64,000 nt of DNA from an uncultured Pirellulaceae bacterium (GTDB lineage Bacteria; Planctomycetota; Planctomycetia; Pirellulales; Pirellulaceae): the NCBI GenBank assembly GCA_964444105.1, contig CAYUGI010000002.1, forward strand, positions 640-64,639. Reading direction: 5' to 3'. Both the position numbers and the translations under genes were made by a program. Below the pieces are notes generated by a model. It was not told where the DNA came from and made no database searches. It saw only the letters and a list, made by a program, of their open reading frames with translations. The first letter of the stretch is position 1. Each line of letters starts with the position of its first letter. Of the stretch, positions 36,424 to 45,666 are shown piece after piece.

Positions 36424-37893
36424 CTACAGATCATTCTGACGAACTTCGGCTAACTTGGCAGCAAGCTTTTCTTTGAACTCCTCCACGACCTCGGCGTACT
36501 TTGGATCGGCGGCCAGGTTAGTGTACTGCTGAGGGTCAGCATGGCAGTCAAATAGCTCGATGCCCTTGGATGCGTCTTCGGTGTATTGAATGTAGGACCA
36601 GCGGTCTTCACGCAGCAAGAAGCCTTTTCGCATGGGTGCAACGCTGAACGCTGCGTCGCGTACTCGTTTGTCAGCGTTGTCCAGCAATGGCGAAATGTCT
36701 TCTCCTTGCAATCGATCCGGCACTTCCAAGCCACAGAGCTTTGCCGTGGTGGGATACAGGTCGATTAGCTCTGTCAGGCTATTGCACACGGCGGGCTTCT
36801 TGCCTGGTACGCGAATGATCAGCGGCACCGCTGCCGACTCGTCGCGAAGTGACACTTTTGCCCAGAAGTCATGCTCGCCAAGATGGTAGCCGTGGTCGCT
36901 GGTGAAGATCACAATCGTGTTGTCCGCCATGCCCGATTTTTCCAATGCCGACATCACTTTGCCAACTTGCGCATCCATGAACGAGACCGACGCGTAGTAG
37001 CCGCCCATCGCCTTTTTCTGTCGCCGCACGTCCATCTGCATGTTCTTGCTGGTTTTGTAGTTGATGCCAGCCTTGGGGATATCGTCCCAGTCGCCGGCTA
37101 CCTTTTCTGGCAATACCATTGATGAGTAAGGCTTGAACAGCGGGTAGTACTTCCGTGGTGCGACAAACGGAACGTGGGGTCGCACGAAGCCGACGCCCAG
37201 CCAAAAAGGTTTGTCGCCATGTTTCTCCCGGTGCGTCAAAATCAAATCGGACGCCTTGGCCGCAGTCATGCCATCCGAATGAACGTTGTCATCACCGTCG
37301 GCTTCGACCACGACGAAAGTGTTACCGCCAACGACAGGTCGTTTCCCATCGGGATTGCGTTCAAGAGTCTCCCCGTCTCCAGCAGCTTTCCATTCTGGTC
37401 CGGGGCTGTTGAAACGCTCTGTCCAAGATGCCTCATCATCTGCACCGTTGTAGTTGTTGTGGTCACGTCCGTCGCCGCCGACTTCGATTCCACCGGGGAC
37501 TCCCATGTGAAAAATTTTGCTGACCCGAGCGGTGTAGTAACCGTTGTTCTTGAAATGCTGTGACCACATAGCGCGATCACCGATTTGGGGGCGTGGGTTG
37601 GCGTAGCCCAGAGATCCTGTTGCGTGAGGGTAGTAGCCAGACATGAACGACGCCCTGGACGGACCGCAATAAGTCCCCTGGCAAAAAGCGCGAGTGAAGC
37701 GAACTCCGCTTGCCGCCAAGGCGTCAATGTTGGGCGTTTGGCAAACGGTGTTTCCGTAGCATGAAAGTGCGGTGGATGTCAGGTCATCCGAAATGATGAA
37801 CAACACATTTCGCTTTGCGCTTTCCGCCAGTCCTGCATCGAAGAGGAGCAGGGACAGCATCAGAAAAACGAACGGGACACTCTGTCGATTCAT
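36424..37893 (-). CDS. Formylglycine-dependent sulfatase (iduronate-2-sulfatase-like)
   Basis: IISDDL, CGPSRASFMSG (CxPxR), SKIFH, RPHVPF, SDHGYHLGEH. Signal peptide follows MNRQSVP (37893). Confidence 0.93.
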   Translation of the reverse strand: MNRQSVPFVFLMLSLLLFDAGLAESAKRNVLFIISDDLTSTALSCYGNTVCQTPNIDALAASGVRFTRAFCQGTYCGPSRASFMSGYYPHATGSLGYANPRPQIGDRAMWSQHFKNNGYYTARVSKIFHMGVPGGIEVGGDGRDHNNYNGADDEASWTERFNSPGPEWKAAGDGETLERNPDGKRPVVGGNTFVVVEADGDDNVHSDGMTAAKASDLILTHREKHGDKPFWLGVGFVRPHVPFVAPRKYYPLFKPYSSMVLPEKVAGDWDDIPKAGINYKTSKNMQMDVRRQKKAMGGYYASVSFMDAQVGKVMSALEKSGMADNTIVIFTSDHGYHLGEHDFWAKVSLRDESAAVPLIIRVPGKKPAVCNSLTELIDLYPTTAKLCGLEVPDRLQGEDISPLLDNADKRVRDAAFSVAPMRKGFLLREDRWSYIQYTEDASKGIELFDCHADPQQYTNLAADPKYAEVVEEFKEKLAAKLAEVRQNDL

Positions 37894-37982
37894 TGGAAAA
37901 ACACACTTGAGTCGGGGATTGTTTTCGTTCTTCGATTGTAGTGCTAGCGAAAGATCCACGTCGTCCATTTGAGCGCCCTGAC

Positions 37983-38029
37983 TAGCCGCGAAGTGGCGGC
38001 AGCACCTTGCCGTGGGTGCGAGCCCACGG
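37983..38029. repeat. REP-like double hairpin family 3
   Basis: tagccgc-gaa-gtggc...ccgtggg-tgcgag-cccacgg (perfect 7-bp stem). A possible degenerate relative lies at about 20250-20320. Confidence 0.5.
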
Positions 38030-38693
38030 TGACGGGCGTTTCATGGACTTCGATCCGGTGGACAAGCCCACGAGCCAACAACTCTGATCTGCGTAACACG
38101 GTGTTAACCACCCAAACGTGGTCTCCAAAACATCCAAAGTTCTAAACCGCATCGTTGCTCCAATGAGTACTTTGGGCCCCTTCGAGACGCTGATTCAGGG
38201 AATTTGGCAGCTTTGGCCTGTGCTTCTCGCTGTGCGGGCTGTATTATCCGAACATACGAATCGAACAGGTTATGGATGATTCGTTGATTTTGGCTCTGGC
38301 AAAACAAGAAACGCATCTAAGTTGGATGACTGTTTGCCAACCAAGCGAGACCTTCAACCAAGTCGGACTCTTGGTGTCTCGCAGGCGCGGAAGTGAATCC
38401 GCGATTTGCTGCCGACAGTGCATCCCGTTGATCGCCCTGGACAAATCCTTGTGATTTGGCTGCTTGTGTCATCCTTTGACACGCCCATCTGCGACTCTCT
38501 TGTTAGTCCAGATACTGTGGACGCGGATACCGTGGCTCAGAAACCGTGGAAGCGGCGTCCCCAATTTGAACCTGCGATCGGGCCTTTCCGACCGGCATGT
38601 TCAAGCGAACCAACAACGATCACACGCACTTTGCTCTAGCAACGCTTATTGCGGAAGCGGTCTTTACCCGCATCAATCCCTAAGAGAATTACC

Positions 38694-40052
38694 TTGAAGA
38701 CTTTTGAAGAAATGGATTTGTTCGGCCCAGTTAAGAAAGCTCTGGCCGAGCAAGATTACACGACCCCCACACCCATCCAAGCTCAAACCGTTCCACCAGC
38801 CATCGAAGGACAAGACATCCTGGGCTGCGCTCAAACTGGAACAGGCAAAACGGCTGCGTTCGCGCTTCCAATCCTGGACTACATCGGACAGGACAAGCCA
38901 AAGGCGCTCAAAAACAAGCCAACAGCCCTCATTCTCGCGCCCACTCGCGAGCTGGCGATTCAAATTGGCGATAGTTTCAAGACCTATGGAAAGCACGTTC
39001 GTTTTCAACAGGCACTCGTCTACGGCGGCGTGGGGCAAGGCCAACAAGTTTCCGCGCTACGTCGCGGAATCCACGTATTGATCGCGACTCCGGGACGCCT
39101 TATTGACTTGATGGATCAAGGACACGTGAACTTGAGCCAAGTCGAAATGTTCGTCTTGGACGAAGCGGATCGAATGATGGACATGGGCTTCATGCCCGCG
39201 TTGAAAAAAATCATCTCGAAACTACCACGCGAGCGTCAGTCACTGTTTTTCTCCGCGACATTGCCGCCCAAAATTCAAGAGCTCGCTTCCAGCTTGCTGT
39301 TCAATCCAGTCCACGTTGACGTGACGCCGAAAACAACCAGCGTCAAGCAGATCGATCAGTGCATTCGATTGGTGGAGCGTGCGGACAAAGTCAACTCACT
39401 GCACAAAATTCTGAATAAGAAAGGCGTTGGTCAAACGATTGTCTTTACGCGAACGAAACACGGCGCAAACGGCTTGGTGAAGAAACTGGACCGACTAGGC
39501 GTCAGTGCTTCAGCAATTCACGGAAACAAAACACAAGGCGCGCGGCAGCGAGCACTCGCGGCGTTTCGAGATTTCAAAATTCAGGTCTTGGTCGCGACCG
39601 ACGTTGCCGCTCGTGGTATCGACATCGATGGTGTCACTCACGTGATCAACTACGACATGCCGGTCGAGCCGGAGAGCTACGTCCACCGAGTGGGTCGTAC
39701 AGGACGCGCCGGTGCCGAGGGTATTGCGATTTCATTCTGCACACATGAAGAAGTCGATGAGCTTCGCGCGATCGAACGTCTGATCGGCCACAGTCTTAAA
39801 ATCGAGAACCCAGGCGTCTTCGATCTGAACCGCCCTGGACCGAAGAAATCGAAGAAGCCTGGCCAGCGTGGCGGTGGTGGATCGCGTGGCGGTGCACGCG
39901 GTGGTAACGGTCGTAGTCGCCGAAGTAAATCGAAGCAGTCCGGATCGACCACCGGAAAATCCAAAAAGCCACCCACTGGTGGGAGGGCCTATCAATTTCG
40001 CAAAGCAAAAAAGTCCAATGGCTCGGGTGGCCGCAAAGCCTCCTCTGTCTAA
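38694..40052 (+). CDS. rhlE: DEAD-box RNA helicase (RhlE-like)
   Basis: Q motif PTPIQ, AQTGTGKT, PTRELA, TPGRL, DEAD, SAT, HGNKTQGAR, ATDVAARGID, HRVGRTGRAG, basic Gly-rich tail. TTG start at 38694. Confidence 0.92.
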   Translation: MKTFEEMDLFGPVKKALAEQDYTTPTPIQAQTVPPAIEGQDILGCAQTGTGKTAAFALPILDYIGQDKPKALKNKPTALILAPTRELAIQIGDSFKTYGKHVRFQQALVYGGVGQGQQVSALRRGIHVLIATPGRLIDLMDQGHVNLSQVEMFVLDEADRMMDMGFMPALKKIISKLPRERQSLFFSATLPPKIQELASSLLFNPVHVDVTPKTTSVKQIDQCIRLVERADKVNSLHKILNKKGVGQTIVFTRTKHGANGLVKKLDRLGVSASAIHGNKTQGARQRALAAFRDFKIQVLVATDVAARGIDIDGVTHVINYDMPVEPESYVHRVGRTGRAGAEGIAISFCTHEEVDELRAIERLIGHSLKIENPGVFDLNRPGPKKSKKPGQRGGGGSRGGARGGNGRSRRSKSKQSGSTTGKSKKPPTGGRAYQFRKAKKSNGSGGRKASSV

Positions 40053-40109
40053 ACAGTTTCCTTGAGTCTGCCACAGGCAATTAACTAAACCGCAAATAAG
40101 GCAATCATC

Positions 40110-40295
40110 ATCGCTAAGAATCAAAACACATTCGCCAAGCGTCAGCGCGAAATGGAAAAGAAACGCAAGCAAGACGAAAAACGTCAACGCAAGAACGATC
40201 GCAAGGCAGCCGAACTAGCAGCCGCCAACGCTCCACCGCCGCCACCAGAGAGTGAAGAAGACGGCGACGGGTCCGGGTCCGGCGAAGAAGAGTGA
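40110..40295 (+). CDS. Small basic/acidic protein, 61 aa, apparent ATC start
   Basis: Not in the track. Reads (I/M)AKNQNTFAKRQREMEKKRKQDEKRQRK...PPPPPESEEDGDGSGSGEEE. In-frame TAA at 40086-40088 and no ATG/GTG/TTG before the internal Met. TAAGG at 40097-40101. Confidence 0.65.
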   Translation: MAKNQNTFAKRQREMEKKRKQDEKRQRKNDRKAAELAAANAPPPPPESEEDGDGSGSGEEE

Positions 40296-40396
40296 GTTAG
40301 AGAACCAGTGAACCATGTGCCATCAGGTACACATCAATAACGCGAGTGGCTGAATGGTCACTCGCGTTTTTTCGTGTGGTGCAGAAGCGATCGTGA

Positions 40397-42571
40397 CTAC
40401 TTGACGTAAATCGCCAAGCGTTTTTCTGAATAGCTGGCTGCATTGCCGCTGAAGGTCCAATCCTGCGTCTTGCCGGTGCTGTTTCCAATCCCGATGTCAG
40501 CTCCCGCAGCTGCTTTCCATTGATTGATCGCAAAGATCGTTCGCTTGGCACCAAAGTCGTGAACCTGCATCGATCCGTAGCCGTCTTTTGGCTCCTTCTT
40601 CTCGTCACCAAAGTCATAAACACTGCTCGATGCATTGGTCACTCCGCCGGCGTTGCCAGCCGCATAATTGTGAGGCCAAAATTCGATATTTCCTGTCGCG
40701 ATCGGTGCGTCTGTGTTCAACTGCGGAACGGTTGACTTGACTTCCATGCTACTAATCCTGGTTTGAAAATCGGCTCCTGACGCGACTGTTGGTACTCCGA
40801 TTTTCTTGACGTCGTCCGTGAACGCATCCATCGTGACGAATACGATTTGCTTGCCATACTGACTTGAATTGAGGCCTAGCAAATACCCGACGCGGCTGAA
40901 CGTTTTGATCGATTCACTGTTGTCCACGTCGTACTGAATCGTGGATCCAAGCTTCGCAAGATCCAAACGGTAGACCAGTCGGTAGTCTTCATCGATGTTA
41001 AATTGGCTCAAGAGGCTAGGCACTTTCCCACCTCGCATCGCACCGACGGGTAGCCCCGTTGCTCCTGTCAGATTGGGCTGGGCTAACTTGTCCCAAGCGA
41101 ACCGAAACGCCGTTGGTTGGTTGACTTTCGGTGAGGACAATACAACTCGGTCGCCCCGAATTTCTGCGGTTGCTTGTTGGAAACCTTCTGACCCCGAACC
41201 AATGAGTTCAAAGTGAGTGGCAGGTTGCCCATCACGCGTCTTAAGCACACCGCCGGTGTGTCTAAATTGAATTGTTAGTTGCTTGCCTTCGATAGACATG
41301 GATTCCATTTCAGGACTTTGAGCGACCAAATCGTCACGCCCATAATCGTTCTTTAACGCCAACAACGCTAAGCGAAGCCCAACATCTTGCTTGTTGGGTG
41401 GATGAATATTTCCAAGCGTGGCGATGTCGTTGATGACGACCATGTCGGTGTTCGCAACGATGTCCTTCACGCGCGACTGAGCCTCCCAGAACTCCGCCAG
41501 GACAGCTGGGTCCTCTTTCCCGTATTGAAACGGTGCGATTTGGACGTAGTAGAACGGAAAGTCGCCTTGCCCCCAAAGGTTTCGCCACCCGTCGATGAGC
41601 GCCTTCTTCTTACTCGTATAGAGAGATCCTTCGACGTGGTTGGATTCGCCCTGATACCAAATGACTCCACGAATCGGGAAACCCACCATCGCATGGATCA
41701 TTCCGTTGTAGAGCATCGTCGGATCCTGGTGACTTTTGAACGGAGCGATGCTGGCTGGAAATGAAGGACTGGGATCAACCGCTTGGTCTCTGCCCAGATT
41801 CGTCTTGGCCTTCGCTAGCCATGCTTCCAAATCGCCGATGTGTTTCCGGACGATTTGCTGGTTCCGTTTGGCCCCGGGCGTGCGATCGATGATCGATTGG
41901 TGGATGTCATCGAGTTCCTTGACCCCTTCAAAGCCAATCGGTGATGTCCAAGGTTCAACACGAGTTCCACCCCAGGATGAGTTAACAAGGCCAATCGGCA
42001 CATCAAGCTCTTTGTATAGATGTCGAGCCATGAAGTAGCCGCACGCTGTAAAGTTCCCTGCCGTCGCCGGCGAACAGACTTGCCACGGAGCGGTGATGTC
42101 ATCCAACGCGACCGTCGAAGGCCGCTTGGGCACTTTGATGTGCCGGATCAACGGAAAGTCGGCGGCTGCGATTTCGTTGGCTGAATCGGAACTACTTCGA
42201 ACCGTCCACTCCATGTTCGACTGACCGCTGCATAACCAGACTTCGCCGATCAGGATGTCTTTCAATGTGATCGTGTTGGAACCGCTGACCGTAAGCACCT
42301 GCGCAATTTTGCTCGCATTCATCGCTGGAAGCGTCGCTGTCCACTCTCCATCGCCGTCTGCCACCACGTTGGCGGATGCCTCGGCAAGCGAGACTTCAAT
42401 CTTCTCACCGGGATCGGCCCATCCCCAAACGCGGATCTCTTTCTGCTGCTGAAGCACCATCGAGTTTCCGAAAAATCCTGGGAGTTTCACTTCGCTCCAG
42501 CCATGGTTGATTGGCAAAGAAAATGCGGCCAGGACGATGGCAGCGTTACGAATGGAAAAAGCAAAATTCAT
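40397..42571 (-). CDS. Sialate O-acetylesterase family (SASA/DUF303) with an extra C-terminal domain
   Basis: MVLQQ, GEVWLCSGQSNM, WGGTRVEPW, WYQGESN, IHPPNKQDVG. Likely start MNFAF at 42571. Confidence 0.9.
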   Translation of the reverse strand: MNFAFSIRNAAIVLAAFSLPINHGWSEVKLPGFFGNSMVLQQQKEIRVWGWADPGEKIEVSLAEASANVVADGDGEWTATLPAMNASKIAQVLTVSGSNTITLKDILIGEVWLCSGQSNMEWTVRSSSDSANEIAAADFPLIRHIKVPKRPSTVALDDITAPWQVCSPATAGNFTACGYFMARHLYKELDVPIGLVNSSWGGTRVEPWTSPIGFEGVKELDDIHQSIIDRTPGAKRNQQIVRKHIGDLEAWLAKAKTNLGRDQAVDPSPSFPASIAPFKSHQDPTMLYNGMIHAMVGFPIRGVIWYQGESNHVEGSLYTSKKKALIDGWRNLWGQGDFPFYYVQIAPFQYGKEDPAVLAEFWEAQSRVKDIVANTDMVVINDIATLGNIHPPNKQDVGLRLALLALKNDYGRDDLVAQSPEMESMSIEGKQLTIQFRHTGGVLKTRDGQPATHFELIGSGSEGFQQATAEIRGDRVVLSSPKVNQPTAFRFAWDKLAQPNLTGATGLPVGAMRGGKVPSLLSQFNIDEDYRLVYRLDLAKLGSTIQYDVDNSESIKTFSRVGYLLGLNSSQYGKQIVFVTMDAFTDDVKKIGVPTVASGADFQTRISSMEVKSTVPQLNTDAPIATGNIEFWPHNYAAGNAGGVTNASSSVYDFGDEKKEPKDGYGSMQVHDFGAKRTIFAINQWKAAAGADIGIGNSTGKTQDWTFSGNAASYSEKRLAIYVK

Positions 42572-42707
42572 CACTTGAGGTAGTTCCTGGGGATCGATCA
42601 GTTGGTTGTCTTGCAAACAGACACGTCGGTCCACAGCTTATACTGATCTGGACTCATTTGCGAAAAGTGTTTCAGACTTGTTTTTGTACTCTTGTGAAAG
42701 CGACCCT

Positions 42708-44114
42708 ATGCGACGCCTCCTTGCAATCACTGCACTCTCGTTTGCCTTGCTAAGCAATTCGCTGGCGGACGAATCGCGTGTCCTGCGCGCCGGCGCTGCT
42801 GTCGTACCGATCAATCCTCCGATGGGCGAAATGGTCGTGGGCAGCTTCAAGCCATTCCCCGCCACAACGATTCACGACCCACTGCACGCACGGTGCCTGT
42901 GCCTGGACAACGGTGAGACGAAACTGTTTTTCGTGATTTGCGACAACGTCGGCATCGCCAAGACCGTTTATGACAAAGCACGAGCACAAGTCGCAGAGCA
43001 GAGTGACATTGACGCTAGTCAGATCTTGATGGCGGCCACGCATTCTCATTCGGCTTGCATCGCGACCTCTCCGAAATACGAGCCCATCATCGTGGACGGC
43101 ATCACCAAGGCGGTCATGGCGGCGGACAAGCGACTGGAGCCCGCGCGCATTGGCTGGGGAAGCGTCGACGAGCCATCTGAACTGAACAATCGTCGCTGGT
43201 ATATCAAGGATCCAAAACTTCGCCGCAATCCGTTCGGTGGAATCGATACCGTTCGAATGAACCCACCCCGCAACCACCCTTCGTTGATTCAGCCTGCAGG
43301 GCCGGTTGATCCCGAGATATCGTTCATCAGTGTTCAATCTAGCGAAGGAAAACCGATCGCTTTGCTGGCCAACTATTCACTTCACTATGTGGGAGGTGTA
43401 AATCGCGGAGACGTTTCGGCTGATTACTTTGGAGTCTTCGCGGACGGAATCGGAGAAAAGATCGGTGCCAAAGCGGAATCACCTTTCGTAGGATTCTTAA
43501 CCAATGGCACCAGCGCGGATGTGAACAACATCGACTTTCGCTTCAGTTCTCGTGAACCAAAACAGGTTTACGATAAATACCAAAAGATCAACGAAGTCGC
43601 GGAAAAAGTCATTGAAAAAGTCGCGAAGGCACACGCGGAAGTAAAATTTCATGACTGGGTGCCGCTAGGTTTGGTTCAAAGCGATTTGACCCTGCAAGTT
43701 CGCAAGCCAGATGCTTCGACGCGGGCGTATATGAAGAACTTGGCGAACCGCGAAGACAACGAGGTGCCCTTTCATCGCTATGAAGACACCTACGCAGAGA
43801 GAGTGCAGTCGTTGATCGATGGCCCCGACCAGTATGTGGTACCGCTGCAGGCTATTCGTATTGGTGAACTAGCGATTGCAGCAATTCCGTTTGAAGTGTT
43901 CACCGAGATCGGTTTGGAGCTGAAAACGCTTGCACCATTTGATGATGCATTCACCATTGAACTCGCCAATGACTCGCGCGGCTACTTACCCACGCCTGGT
44001 CAGCACAAACTGGGCGGTTACGAAACTTGGATGGGCACCAATCGTGTTCAGAAAGATGCTTCGGAGTTGATCGTCGCCGAAGTGCTATCGCTGATGAAGC
44101 AACTACGAGAGTAG
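42708..44114 (+). CDS. Neutral/alkaline ceramidase-like secreted hydrolase
   Basis: HDPLHARCL, AATHSHS, NYSLHY, NGTSADVN, PFEVFTEIG, ELAND..GYLPT, GGYET. Signal peptide starts at ATG 42708. Confidence 0.78.
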   Translation: MRRLLAITALSFALLSNSLADESRVLRAGAAVVPINPPMGEMVVGSFKPFPATTIHDPLHARCLCLDNGETKLFFVICDNVGIAKTVYDKARAQVAEQSDIDASQILMAATHSHSACIATSPKYEPIIVDGITKAVMAADKRLEPARIGWGSVDEPSELNNRRWYIKDPKLRRNPFGGIDTVRMNPPRNHPSLIQPAGPVDPEISFISVQSSEGKPIALLANYSLHYVGGVNRGDVSADYFGVFADGIGEKIGAKAESPFVGFLTNGTSADVNNIDFRFSSREPKQVYDKYQKINEVAEKVIEKVAKAHAEVKFHDWVPLGLVQSDLTLQVRKPDASTRAYMKNLANREDNEVPFHRYEDTYAERVQSLIDGPDQYVVPLQAIRIGELAIAAIPFEVFTEIGLELKTLAPFDDAFTIELANDSRGYLPTPGQHKLGGYETWMGTNRVQKDASELIVAEVLSLMKQLRE

Positions 44115-44130
44115 CAAAGCAGCAGACACG

Positions 44131-45597
44131 CTATTTCGGAATGTAGTTCAGCGTGTAGTAGGCTTCGGTATGGAGTAGCGGAAGAGCACCGGCGGATCGG
44201 ATCCCTTCGCAGTGCAATTCATGGACATGCCCTTCTTGAAGGCCATCGACGTACAGGCGAACGCTCTTGCCATCACTACCCATGGCCGCTTTCGTGATCG
44301 TTGGTTCCGTGTGATCGACTTCAGGGCTCCCGTAAGATTCCTGGTAAATGTAGGTGTAGGTTGAAAGAGTGTAGGAGCTTAGATCTTCAACACTTTTCTG
44401 ATCGATGCTTTGCGTGAAAGTGAGCTCGAACCCGTCTTTTTTGGCTCGCATTTCGTGAATTTCAAACGGAACTTTGCCAGTCCAGTCCACACGTTCGACA
44501 GCGAACGGCTTTCGCCCGCGCGATCCCCAGCCTCGATTGGTTCCGCCGACAAACATCTTTCCACTGTTTGTCATTTCCAAAGCCAGTGAACCGCTGGCAA
44601 ACCCTTCTAAGAACGGAAAGCATGCTCCTTGATAGTGCCCGTCTACTTTTTCCAAATAGCAACGCATCACGGTGCTGTACGACTGGTCGGTGACGAACAT
44701 TTGTTTTTGGAAAGGACCAAAATCGCCACCTGATAGATCACATGCGACGCCAGCAGCTGATTTGCCCATCTTGTTGTAAGGAAACAGAATGCAAGGAGGT
44801 TCGTAGGAAGGTAGCCGTTTCGCTTCGGTCATGATGCGGCTTCCACTCTTAGGTTCTGCGGGTTTCTTTCCCATCACCGTTTCCGCCAGCGAGTACCACT
44901 CGAAGCCGCCTGGATGCCCCATCGATTTACCGGGAGCAAGGTGCTTTAGCGAACACGTTCCATTCCAAGGGCCTTGATTGTCTGTATAGAACATGTCTCC
45001 CACGGCATTGGCTCCGATGCCACCCGGTGAGCGAACACCGCTGCACGTCGGGATCATTTCGCCGTCTTTCGTCACTCGAACGCACCAACCTCGATACGGC
45101 ACGTTGCTGGAGAACGAACCTGTCAGGCACAGCACGACCCACATGTCCCCGTTCTTGTCGAACTTGGATCCGAAGGCGTACTCATGGTAGTCGCCGGAAA
45201 TGCCCCATTCACCGTTGACGATTTCAAAATCGTCCGCGACGCCGTCGTCGTCGGTATCACGGATTCGGGTGACATCAGAACGCTGCGTTGTGTAAAGCCA
45301 CCCGTCACGCTGGGCCAATGTCAGCGTCTCGTGCAGTCCATGTGCAAAACGCTGAAATTGCGACGCACTCACGGTGGGAGAATTGGGATCTTGAATCATC
45401 CAGATTTCTCCGCGACGCGAGCAGACCGCTAGCCTTCCGTCTGGCATCAACTGAAAACCACCGGCTTCCAAGACCACATCCTTGGGAGTTTCAAACGTGG
45501 TGATCGGGTAAAAGTCGGATTCCGTTGGGGCCTCTTGTGCAACTGTGGTTGAAACCAACAGCACAAGAATCAGACCAGGGACTTGGAAGTAGCTCAT
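44131..45597 (-). CDS. DUF7133-type beta-propeller protein (soluble quinoprotein dehydrogenase-like)
   Basis: LEAGG....[51 protein letters not shown]; C-terminal Ig-like part. Confidence 0.75.
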   Translation of the reverse strand: MSYFQVPGLILVLLVSTTVAQEAPTESDFYPITTFETPKDVVLEAGGFQLMPDGRLAVCSRRGEIWMIQDPNSPTVSASQFQRFAHGLHETLTLAQRDGWLYTTQRSDVTRIRDTDDDGVADDFEIVNGEWGISGDYHEYAFGSKFDKNGDMWVVLCLTGSFSSNVPYRGWCVRVTKDGEMIPTCSGVRSPGGIGANAVGDMFYTDNQGPWNGTCSLKHLAPGKSMGHPGGFEWYSLAETVMGKKPAEPKSGSRIMTEAKRLPSYEPPCILFPYNKMGKSAAGVACDLSGGDFGPFQKQMFVTDQSYSTVMRCYLEKVDGHYQGACFPFLEGFASGSLALEMTNSGKMFVGGTNRGWGSRGRKPFAVERVDWTGKVPFEIHEMRAKKDGFELTFTQSIDQKSVEDLSSYTLSTYTYIYQESYGSPEVDHTEPTITKAAMGSDGKSVRLYVDGLQEGHVHELHCEGIRSAGALPLLHTEAYYTLNYIPK

Positions 45598-45666
45598 AGC
45601 GGACGATGGGATCGGGGAAGAGTATGAGATGGTTTTAAGGGAATTGTTGGCAACCATGGGAGCGAG

